64,000 nucleotides of DNA, taken from positions 4,193 through 68,192 of the IMG/VR virus record IMGVR_UViG_3300021960_000059. One strand, written 5' to 3'. The translations under genes and the position numbers were made by a program. A model generated the notes under the pieces. It ran no database searches. It worked only from the letters and a program-made list of their open reading frames with translations, and was not told the origin of the DNA. Each line of letters begins with the position of its first letter. Position 1 is the first letter of the stretch. This DNA is from a virus. Positions 1 to 8,177 of this stretch are shown here, piece by piece.

Positions 1-1812
1 GATTGCTCTGAGTGTGTCTTCAAGAGACATTGTTTCTTTGACTTCTTCTACCAACTTAACAGTGACATCTGAAGATTTGAAACTGTGAACTTTCATTTTT
101 TTAGATGCTTTTGCAATTGCATCTTTCTCATTCTTTGCCGTGACGGTTTCGCGTCCTGCACCTTTGATGTCCACTTGATATGTTGCTTCTTCTAATTCTT
201 CAAACACAGATTCAAAGAGTTCGTTTGTTTGTTCTTCATTCATTTCTACTTCCTCCGCATAGTAGTCTGCAATTTTCTTAGGTGAGTCAAAGAACTTCGA
301 TCCTTTCTCACCTTTCTTAGACATGAACCATCCACCTGCACCGTCATCCAGATCACCAGATGCGACTTCTTTGTTGCCAACCATTACAAGAGCAACACCG
401 TCGCCCTTAGTGACAACTTTGGTCTTACCCTTGGTTGCGAGGACACGCATTGCTTCGTCCAGTTCCATTTCAACTGACTCTTTCTTTGACTTGATTTGTG
501 AAACCTTTGCCATTGCTTTCTTGAAAATACTTGGATTATTTGTTTTGATTTCTTTTTCCAACTTGTTGACCGCATTCATTTCTGCACTGGTTGGTTTGTA
601 GTTTTTATTCTTCTTGAACTTAGAGGTCACAGCATTGACTGTTTTTTCTAATGCGGCAGATACTTTCCCATCAGTTTGATGGTCTAACATTGCCAGACTC
701 ATCGCAACCACAGGTAATGACATACCCATACCTAACATTGCACCGAATATTTGGAGTGTTGGATCAATGTTTTCGTCCAGTTCAACAGACTCCTTGTACA
801 TGTTCAGTTCGTACTTCTTGTTGTCAAGATTAGCAACTTGAATCTGTACACCCTTCTTGCCATCCTTGCCCTTCAAACGATAAGAGTTTGTCTTACCTGC
901 AGAAGGTTTACGAGGACCGGATGCAACCTTGTCGTCAATCTCTTTTGGATCAATCTCAATTCCAAACTTCTTCTTTGCATAGTCATACGCATGCTTCATC
1001 GCAGACGAGAAGTCCTTGTGATATAAGTCGTATCCAGAACCACCGGACTTCGATGGATCACGATTTGCTTCTTCTAGTTCAACCTCTTCCTTGCTAAAAC
1101 GATTTCCAATCATCTTCGCACGTGCGTCGTTGTGTCCCTTAGACCAAGCAGTGTACTCTTTCGTACCTTTCTTGTTAGGGTTGTCGTCGTAACTTACCTT
1201 CTTCGCAACTGCTTTCTTACCGTCTTCGTATGCTTTTGCTTCAGCAGGAGTCTTGTATGCTTCGTCCAGTTCGACTTCTTCAAAAACAACAGGCATAGAT
1301 ACAGTTGCTTGTGTCTTTGGATCAAGAACTGTCATACGTTCTTTACCTTTAGTGTCGTTCTTATAATCTTTTGAAACTTTCTTGAAGTTTGCTTGTGAGA
1401 TATGAACCTTACCGTCTTTTACTTTGTAGTCTCTACCGGAAAGAACTGCTTCTTCAAGTTCATCAAGTTCTTCCAACTCTTCTAATGTAAAGTCTTCAAT
1501 CTTAAACCCACCACCTTGGACTGTTACTTTGATGCCGTTGTTACGCATAACACTAACAATCTTTTCACGAGGTGAAGTGTCTAAGTCCATCAGATCACGC
1601 GCAAACTTTGAAGTGACACGAGGAGACTTCTTACTTGCGATTGCTGACATACGGTTTGCGAATGCTAAGAAATCGTTCTTATCCATGCCACCCTTTGTCT
1701 TTGCATATTGCGTTAGTTCTTTTGCCGCACCTGCATAGTCTGCCTTAGAGACATCAAATGGAGGGTTATCTTTTTTTTCTGCCATCATTCTGATGGTATT
1801 TGCTAAGTTCAT
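1..1812 (-). CDS. Large modular polyprotein-like internal head protein (truncated at window start; missing from the ORF track)
   Basis: Manual translation from ATG at 1810-1812 (MNLANTIRMMAEKKDNPPF...) is open to base 1 (604 codons). Small Lys-rich domains are separated by EVELDEA/ESVELDE/EVELEEA linkers. Confidence 0.85.
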   Translation of the reverse strand, partial: MNLANTIRMMAEKKDNPPFDVSKADYAGAAKELTQYAKTKGGMDKNDFLAFANRMSAIASKKSPRVTSKFARDLMDLDTSPREKIVSVMRNNGIKVTVQGGGFKIEDFTLEELEELDELEEAVLSGRDYKVKDGKVHISQANFKKVSKDYKNDTKGKERMTVLDPKTQATVSMPVVFEEVELDEAYKTPAEAKAYEDGKKAVAKKVSYDDNPNKKGTKEYTAWSKGHNDARAKMIGNRFSKEEVELEEANRDPSKSGGSGYDLYHKDFSSAMKHAYDYAKKKFGIEIDPKEIDDKVASGPRKPSAGKTNSYRLKGKDGKKGVQIQVANLDNKKYELNMYKESVELDENIDPTLQIFGAMLGMGMSLPVVAMSLAMLDHQTDGKVSAALEKTVNAVTSKFKKNKNYKPTSAEMNAVNKLEKEIKTNNPSIFKKAMAKVSQIKSKKESVEMELDEAMRVLATKGKTKVVTKGDGVALVMVGNKEVASGDLDDGAGGWFMSKKGEKGSKFFDSPKKIADYYAEEVEMNEEQTNELFESVFEELEEATYQVDIKGAGRETVTAKNEKDAIAKASKKMKVHSFKSSDVTVKLVEEVKETMSLEDTLRAI

Positions 1813-1825
1813 AGGAATTTACCTT

Positions 1826-4498
1826 TTAGTTGTCTACTTTTGCTGATGCTCTCCACTGGTAACAAGACCAGTAACGTGCTTTCCATTTTGGTCCCGGATC
1901 ATCACATCCGTGTCTCGCACGAAAACTTTTTCTACGAGCCGGATCGTCTCGTTTAATTTCCATATTAGGATCACCAAAGTTTACTTTTACAACATTTCCT
2001 TTTTCGTTCTTGACATAGACAGAGAACTTTTTAGGACCATCTGGTGTTCTAAATGGGTTGTTAAGTTTAACATTTTTCTTTTTACCATCTTCTTCTACGA
2101 TTGTTATTTCTTCAATAATGTGATCAAAATGAGAATCACAATCGTTACAACACGATTCTTCATTCATCATATCTGCTAAGACTCTTGCATCGACACCATC
2201 AAACTGCTTGGCAATTTGTGCCGCATAGTATTCGATTGAGTGCTGAAGTCCTTTCTTACCGCCTTCTTTTTTCTTGCGATCAAGCACATCTGCCAGAACT
2301 TTCTTTGCCATATCATAACCCTTCTTGTGAGTTATCTTCGACAAAGGTTCAAGCAACCAACGAGGCATTTCTTCCAATGCTTCTTCACCCATCGGCACCA
2401 CAGGACGAGCATTAGGAACACCCAACATTGCCTTTAAATTTTTCTTAGGTTTCTCGTGCGTCCAACCTTGCTTTGACAAACGCTCATGATCCGCAGGAAC
2501 CTTTGCCAACTCTGACTCACCAGTTTCTGGATTATACATCATATGAGGTTTAAAGTCGTCTTCGTTCTTAGGTTTTTCACCACGTTCTTTTTTAGAGATT
2601 GCGATTGCCGCTTGTTGAGCAGGAGAGATTGCTTCTGGCACACAATCAGGAACCATCTTGTCCCCTTTCTTCTTCATACCAACTTGCTTGTATCCATCCC
2701 AACACTTCTCGTCGAGTTCGATTTCTTCTCTCAGTCTTGGTTCTCTACGGTTTTTAGACGGGTCTTCCATCCTCAAATTTTTCGGGTCATTGTTTAATGG
2801 GTTGTTGTCTTTATGACCAACGTCTTTGCCTTTAACTGCTTTGTCACCCATAATTCTTCTTGCTTGGTTTCTTGATGACCTTCTTGCAATTTGTTCAGGT
2901 TTACCCTGATAGTTTTCATATTCTTTTTTATAATCTCTTTCTTCTTTAACACCCTTTGCAAGGTCTTTATCTGCACCACCCCAAGTTCCTTTGCCCTTGG
3001 TAATGAATGAGTTGACTCGTGCAAATCCCCACTGCTGTTGTGTCGCACCGGGACGGTGACCTGTCTTCCATGCCGCCATACCACGATTATACACCTGACG
3101 CAAAACACTAACAGGGATGCCTGACTTCTCACTTTTTTTCTTTAATGCGTTAGTCGCATCTTCACTGAGTTCATACTCTTCTGTTTGAGTGTTTGTTGTT
3201 TGCGTGTCTTTTGTCCGAGCACGATCAAGCATTGCATCATGCTTACGTTTGTCTGATTCTTTCTCACGTTTAATTTTATCTTGTGCCGCTTTAACTGCAT
3301 CTTGCTCACCAAACATCTTTTTATACTTGAGTGTATGCTTGCTTGGTTTTGTTTTCGCATCAGCATCACCCGGTGCAGATTTGTATGATGACGGAGACCC
3401 ATCTGGTTTATCCGCACCTTTTGCAAATTGTTTTGCTCTGGATTCCTTCTCTTTGTCAGAAAGTCCCTTATAGTACTTCTTCGGTTGAGTACCGGGCAAG
3501 TCTTTAACATCAGAATCTTGGTCAGTTTTTTTGGGTGCTTCTTTTTCGTCCTTTTCCATAATTAAAAATAATTCTTCAATCAACGGATCAAACTGTTCTT
3601 CTTTGGGACCACTGCGTACTTGTGCCAATCTTTCCGCCTCCTGTTTACGAACTTTAGGAATTAACTTTTTAGCAAGTTTTTGGATTATGGCACTTTTCTT
3701 TGTAATCATTTTATCAACAGAAACTTTTTCTGCCGAACTTAATTCATTATAGGAAGCACCTCGATCTCCTGCCACTTTGGTTCTAATTATATTTCTTGCT
3801 TGCTTAAGTGCTCTTTTTTTAATTGTGTCACCGTCTGCTTTACGTTTTGCTTTTAACTTACGCATTCTAGCAAGTTTTGGTGCAAGTCGTTTCATTCTCC
3901 TACCAATCTCTTTACGTTGTTGAATGGTAAGAGGTTGACGATTTTCTTCTACACTCTCTTTAATAACACTATTGATAATATCATAGATTATTTTTGCATC
4001 TGAACCCTGAAGTTTTTTTGGTAGTCCAGACTTGAATGTATCAAAATCACCGTCTTTTGCAAGTGCTCTTAGTTTGGATGCAGACATTCCTTCAACACCC
4101 TGTGCATCAGGATCTCTTTCACCTGCAGACACAACTTTAACTGAATCGAATGTAAAATCTTTTCCATTATATTTATTGAGGAGGGTTTGAAATTCTTTCA
4201 CACGATCAGATCCGACGACCATAATAGCATCAGTGTAACCTGCCTTCTGGAGTTCTTTTGCGACATCGAATACAGTTTTACTTTCGGATTGTATGATAGA
4301 ATTTCCGAATGCTTTTTTCGCAAAACGAATCTTGTCTTTATAACTAAGGGGATCTTTCTTATTATTTTGAGTATGCGACAAGTAAACCCTTGCTTCAGCA
4401 CTGTTTGTCTTTGCAACTGTATTTACTTTGTCTACCAGTTTTTGGTGGCCAATAGTCGGAGGGTTCATGCGTCCAAATGTGAACACGATCTTTTTCAT
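1826..4498 (-). CDS. Cytidylyltransferase-like (HIGH-family) domain fused to multiple small modules (DUF5824-like, HNH, DUF6321-like)
   Basis: N-terminal FGRMNPPTIGH...VVGSDR...MSASKLR; internal DVGHKDNNPLNN..NL HNH motif; C-terminal VNFGDP...SFRARHGC...YWSC. Start placed at MKKIVF (4498), behind AAGGA and two TATAAATA late promoters. Confidence 0.85.
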   Translation of the reverse strand: MKKIVFTFGRMNPPTIGHQKLVDKVNTVAKTNSAEARVYLSHTQNNKKDPLSYKDKIRFAKKAFGNSIIQSESKTVFDVAKELQKAGYTDAIMVVGSDRVKEFQTLLNKYNGKDFTFDSVKVVSAGERDPDAQGVEGMSASKLRALAKDGDFDTFKSGLPKKLQGSDAKIIYDIINSVIKESVEENRQPLTIQQRKEIGRRMKRLAPKLARMRKLKAKRKADGDTIKKRALKQARNIIRTKVAGDRGASYNELSSAEKVSVDKMITKKSAIIQKLAKKLIPKVRKQEAERLAQVRSGPKEEQFDPLIEELFLIMEKDEKEAPKKTDQDSDVKDLPGTQPKKYYKGLSDKEKESRAKQFAKGADKPDGSPSSYKSAPGDADAKTKPSKHTLKYKKMFGEQDAVKAAQDKIKREKESDKRKHDAMLDRARTKDTQTTNTQTEEYELSEDATNALKKKSEKSGIPVSVLRQVYNRGMAAWKTGHRPGATQQQWGFARVNSFITKGKGTWGGADKDLAKGVKEERDYKKEYENYQGKPEQIARRSSRNQARRIMGDKAVKGKDVGHKDNNPLNNDPKNLRMEDPSKNRREPRLREEIELDEKCWDGYKQVGMKKKGDKMVPDCVPEAISPAQQAAIAISKKERGEKPKNEDDFKPHMMYNPETGESELAKVPADHERLSKQGWTHEKPKKNLKAMLGVPNARPVVPMGEEALEEMPRWLLEPLSKITHKKGYDMAKKVLADVLDRKKKEGGKKGLQHSIEYYAAQIAKQFDGVDARVLADMMNEESCCNDCDSHFDHIIEEITIVEEDGKKKNVKLNNPFRTPDGPKKFSVYVKNEKGNVVKVNFGDPNMEIKRDDPARRKSFRARHGCDDPGPKWKARYWSCYQWRASAKVDN

Positions 4499-4521
4499 AG
4501 GGTTTTCCTTAGACTTACCTA

Positions 4522-4550
4522 TTGACAATACTTTAATTTTTGTGTATAAT
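4522..4550 (+). promoter_or_regulatory. Consensus sigma70 promoter on the antisense (+) strand
   Basis: TTGACA (4522-4527), 17 bp, TATAAT (4545-4550). Confidence 0.65.
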
Positions 4551-4561
4551 CAATTTGTAGT

Positions 4562-4581
4562 TATTTATAATAGTATTTATA
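4562..4581 (-). promoter_or_regulatory. Tandem T4-type late promoters
   Basis: Two TATAAATA (4562-4569, 4574-4581) upstream of the 1826-4498 gene. Confidence 0.8.
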
Positions 4582-4584
4582 AAT

Positions 4585-4610
4585 TTACTTTTGCCATCCT
4601 TTGATCACAT
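4585..4610 (-). repeat. Duplicated 3' end of the 5214-6443 gene (direct repeat with 5214-5239)
   Basis: 22/26 nt identical; both copies encode VIKGWQK-stop. Confidence 0.85.
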
Positions 4611-5212
4611 TAAGATAATTTGATTTCGCATAGGAAGTGTTTCCTTCCTTCAAATATTTTATTGACAATCTCAATCTTTGTTTCTTTGAGTTTGTTTGGT
4701 TTTGTTGCATCCTTACGAATATCAAAAATCAGTTTGGTATTTTCATGCGAGTGCTTTCTGATTAGATCGACGTATTCTGAAATGGGATAATGAAATCCAC
4801 AAGACTTAAAAGAGCAGATCAGATCAAACATTTGATCGTCAGGAATATCAATATTGTTTGCATCAACAAATCGATAGGTCATATCGCGACACTCATACGA
4901 TTTTCTCAGATCATCAATTGGCGAATAGAATGCAAATTTATCAGCAGTCCCCCAATTATAATATCGAGTTTGCTTTCTTGGTTCGTTGATCGATTTGTCA
5001 CCATCAAGCAACCACAACTCAGTGCCATAATCTTTCTGAAACCATTCTGCCTCACGAGCAATTCCACATCCAATCTCTAGCATTTTCTTTGGAGGAGTAT
5101 CCAAATAATCTTTTAGAATGTCGTAATTTTCTTTCTTATTGACTACATGATCTTTTTTTTTCTTTGATGCTGGTTTGTTCCACACATCAACCCAATCATA
5201 ATTTTGACCCAT
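4610..5212 (-). CDS. Class I SAM-dependent methyltransferase
   Basis: MLEIGCG motif I, WLLDG motif II, FDLICSFKSCGFHY. Confidence 0.75.
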   Translation of the reverse strand: MGQNYDWVDVWNKPASKKKKDHVVNKKENYDILKDYLDTPPKKMLEIGCGIAREAEWFQKDYGTELWLLDGDKSINEPRKQTRYYNWGTADKFAFYSPIDDLRKSYECRDMTYRFVDANNIDIPDDQMFDLICSFKSCGFHYPISEYVDLIRKHSHENTKLIFDIRKDATKPNKLKETKIEIVNKIFEGRKHFLCEIKLS

Positions 5213-5213
5213 A

Positions 5214-6443
5214 CTATTTTTGCCAACCCTTGATCACATCATCAGAAAAATTAGCACGTGAGAATTCTAATCGATTTACAAGTTTGACTGCTTCTCCATC
5301 ATTATTAATTGCAACATAACCTTCTGGTGCTGTTACTTCAAACCCTTTACTTGTCTTTAGAAATGTTCCGATACTTGATGCTTTGTCCATCTTCTTTATG
5401 ATCAACTCCTTCGCATCGATGATCTGATTCATCAGTGTGAAGATCTTCACCAAATCTGCTGAGTTGGAGGAGCCAAAGAATTGCATCATTTCTTTCTTCT
5501 TCTGTATCCAAGGTGCTTTTCCCTTTTCTGTTTTTTTCGATTCAATTTGCTTAGTGTAATATTGAATAACATAGTTCATGAGACCACGCACATGGTTTCT
5601 TGGATTTGCAATCTTCTCACCCGCACGAACTTTCGTGTTGAAGTGAGTCTTAATACGAGTTTTAATTTCATCGCTCTCAGCAATTGCGTTCAGTGTCTTT
5701 GCACTGATACCACGAAATGTCTTACCCGCGGATGATAGTATGGATGTGACTGCGGCAGTTTCTTTTGCAGTCATTGATGCAGAACCTGACACATCTTTGT
5801 AGGTTGCATCAGTGTGCCATACACCTTTTGTTTGGGTCAGTTTAGATGAGATGTCCTGACCGAACTCTGCCTTCATTGATTCAAAACTGTCTCCGACATA
5901 ACGAGTGTGCCAGACGATACCAATTTTGGAGGAACGTATTTTCTTTCCAAGTTCACTACTGTAGGGGACGGTGTAGACAATCGTATTGGGGTGAAAGGTG
6001 ACGAGTTTTTCACCATCAATGACTTCGGTCCCAAGAGTGTCGTTGGAGTACAGAAAGTCACCTTGTATGACTCCTGTAATTCCCAACTTGGGGAGTTCGG
6101 ACAGAGCGAGTTTAAATTTAGTACTAAGATCGTTACTACCAAGATCTCCATCTATCTCTGCCTCTGTCTTGTAAATTTTTGGATCTTTGTTGAAAATTCC
6201 TTTCTTTGCAATGAAAAACTTTCCATCACGTGGATCAGTCCCTGCAAAAATAGCAGGAGCACCATCCCACTTAACAGTGGTATTAACAGGACGAGCAGTA
6301 CTGCCAGATAACATATCCCTGAGACTTTGTAAAAAATTGATTGCATCTCTTGCACCCTTTACACCATTGTTGAGAACCGAATCCTCTAGATGTTCCATGT
6401 GAGTGTTCTTTTGCTCTGTTAGGTAGGAGGTGAATTTTTTCAT
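5214..6443 (-). CDS. Conserved T4-like phage protein (DUF6267-like) with ligase/covalent nucleotidyltransferase-type motifs
   Basis: KNTHMEHLED, TVKWDG, IQGDFLY, PEGYV, VKLV; N-terminus MKKFTSYLTE resembles the T4 capsid-targeting sequence. Confidence 0.7.
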   Translation of the reverse strand: MKKFTSYLTEQKNTHMEHLEDSVLNNGVKGARDAINFLQSLRDMLSGSTARPVNTTVKWDGAPAIFAGTDPRDGKFFIAKKGIFNKDPKIYKTEAEIDGDLGSNDLSTKFKLALSELPKLGITGVIQGDFLYSNDTLGTEVIDGEKLVTFHPNTIVYTVPYSSELGKKIRSSKIGIVWHTRYVGDSFESMKAEFGQDISSKLTQTKGVWHTDATYKDVSGSASMTAKETAAVTSILSSAGKTFRGISAKTLNAIAESDEIKTRIKTHFNTKVRAGEKIANPRNHVRGLMNYVIQYYTKQIESKKTEKGKAPWIQKKKEMMQFFGSSNSADLVKIFTLMNQIIDAKELIIKKMDKASSIGTFLKTSKGFEVTAPEGYVAINNDGEAVKLVNRLEFSRANFSDDVIKGWQK

Positions 6444-7975
6444 TTAAACATAAAATCCTTTACATCCGATGGTGCTGATACTCTTGCACTTTTTAGTTCA
6501 ATTCCTAAAAATGCAAATAGGTTTTTAAATGCATCCTTCCCCATCTTCATAATTTTCTTTACTGCATTTTTTGCACGAGTGAAAATTCGTCCCATCAAAT
6601 TGGAAACAAACTTGCCAACTGCACCAACAACATTACGCATGCGACTGATTGCTCTTTTAAATAAAGTCATCTCATCTAGGTTTACTGACTCCGAAAGCAA
6701 ATCTTTGTTCATTTCTTGCACCCACGAATCGTTAAGAATTTCCTCACGAATGATCGAGTCTAACGATTCACTAAGTTTTGCTTTTGAGTCCACATTGATT
6801 CTGAAAGTAGAGTAGGGACTTCCACTCGACGATTTCCATGAGGTATAAAATGTGCATTGCTTTGCGATTGACTTAATTTCTGAGGATACTTTAACTGCAC
6901 CCGAAAGACCCTTACTAGACCCATCTGGTGAAATAGGAATAAATTTACTCACTGCTCCTTTGTTTGCATCAAACTCAATGCAACATGATGCAATTGCAAG
7001 AGGTGTTTTGCCCTCAAACTTTTTACGACCAGACATTGCTTCATACACAAAGAATTCTTTGAACTGTTCATTTTCTTCCACTGCGAATGTCTTTTTAATT
7101 TCTTCATTAATTTCTTTGTGGAATGCTTCCACCGAAACATATTTTTCTACTGATTTTTTATCTTCAGGGGACAGTGTTGAGGTGTCTCCTTTTGACAATT
7201 TATCCAATGCGGTCTTCGTCATTTTAGTTGCGACTTTATCAAACTTCTCATCAATCTGACTTGCGATTTCACGAACACCGATGGGACTGTTTTCTCCCAA
7301 GTATTCAAGAGCCGCGTTAAAGGTTGCAATAGTTTCTTCTTTTGCGGCAGACATTAACTGAGAACCACCTTTTTTCTTCAACGAAATATTGTGAGTCTTA
7401 GTATACATATCAGATTTTGGTGTTCCATCTGATGCACCAAATGATGCCCAGAACTTAGATAAATTTGATTTGGATTTGCCTTTACCGAATTGGGTCATCG
7501 GTGACTTACCAATATACTGCACGAAATCTTTTGCAATATTTTCTGCGTAAGTCTCGTATGTAGGATAGAATCGTTTTGCATTCTCTGATGCGGATGCGTC
7601 AGGTGTTAGTTTATTCTGTAGGTTGTATTTGTCTGTGATTAAATCTTCCCAATCATGACCTTCTGGTGATGATGTTGTCTTATCCGCGGCAACAACTACG
7701 ACATACTCCAGTCCATCTTCTGGGTTGACAAATAGTACTGCTTCATACTGACTACTTGGATTGCCACCTGCTTTTGGAGGTGATATCCGAGCAGTTGTAT
7801 TAAATGTCTTTTCTATTTGTTTTTGGATCTCATTGACTGTAGATCCCCTGACACGAATGCCACCTTGCTGATTCATTTTTTCAAGATCTGGCATTGCATC
7901 GAGCAGTTTTTTTGCAACTTTAGTATAAGTGCGTTTTGGTTCTGATTGTTCTAAAATAAACTGTGAAAACTTCAT
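6440..7975 (-). CDS. Hypothetical internal protein, possible PD-(D/E)xK nuclease-like domain
   Basis: MKFSQFILE N-terminus; TPKSDMY...ISLKK motif; GATAAATA late-like promoter just upstream. Confidence 0.55.
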   Translation of the reverse strand: MKFSQFILEQSEPKRTYTKVAKKLLDAMPDLEKMNQQGGIRVRGSTVNEIQKQIEKTFNTTARISPPKAGGNPSSQYEAVLFVNPEDGLEYVVVVAADKTTSSPEGHDWEDLITDKYNLQNKLTPDASASENAKRFYPTYETYAENIAKDFVQYIGKSPMTQFGKGKSKSNLSKFWASFGASDGTPKSDMYTKTHNISLKKKGGSQLMSAAKEETIATFNAALEYLGENSPIGVREIASQIDEKFDKVATKMTKTALDKLSKGDTSTLSPEDKKSVEKYVSVEAFHKEINEEIKKTFAVEENEQFKEFFVYEAMSGRKKFEGKTPLAIASCCIEFDANKGAVSKFIPISPDGSSKGLSGAVKVSSEIKSIAKQCTFYTSWKSSSGSPYSTFRINVDSKAKLSESLDSIIREEILNDSWVQEMNKDLLSESVNLDEMTLFKRAISRMRNVVGAVGKFVSNLMGRIFTRAKNAVKKIMKMGKDAFKNLFAFLGIELKSARVSAPSDVKDFMFK

Positions 7976-7997
7976 AGTGAATCCTTATTTGTATGCA

Positions 7998-8177
7998 CTA
8001 TTTATCTTTTCTGAAACCCATAAAGTTATTTGGGTCAACATGTTTTAGTACAGTTTCTTGAACCGCATTGGTGTACGCATCGTACAACATGCTATAGAAC
8101 TCACCCTGCTTTTCCGATGGAACGAACAGGTCTTTTGCTTCCTCCGGAGTTAGATCCATTTCTACCTTGATCTTCAT
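7998..8177 (-). CDS. Small hypothetical protein (DUF6489-like), not in the ORF track
   Basis: Manual translation MKIKVEMDLTPEEAKDLFVP...FRKDK*, 59 aa. Confidence 0.6.
   Translation of the reverse strand: MKIKVEMDLTPEEAKDLFVPSEKQGEFYSMLYDAYTNAVQETVLKHVDPNNFMGFRKDK

Noticed and set aside
1771-1780. A8 run near the start of the 1-1812 gene as a possible frameshift site
   Set aside because: The frame reads through it (GAA AAA AAA GAT) and no alternative extended frame was evident.
4499-4528. Extended start (MSIGKSKENP) and a possible leader riboswitch GGTAAGTCTAAGGAAAACC
   Set aside because: The ATG at 4498 has the SD. Only a 3-bp stem is visible, too little to call an RNA motif without an alignment.
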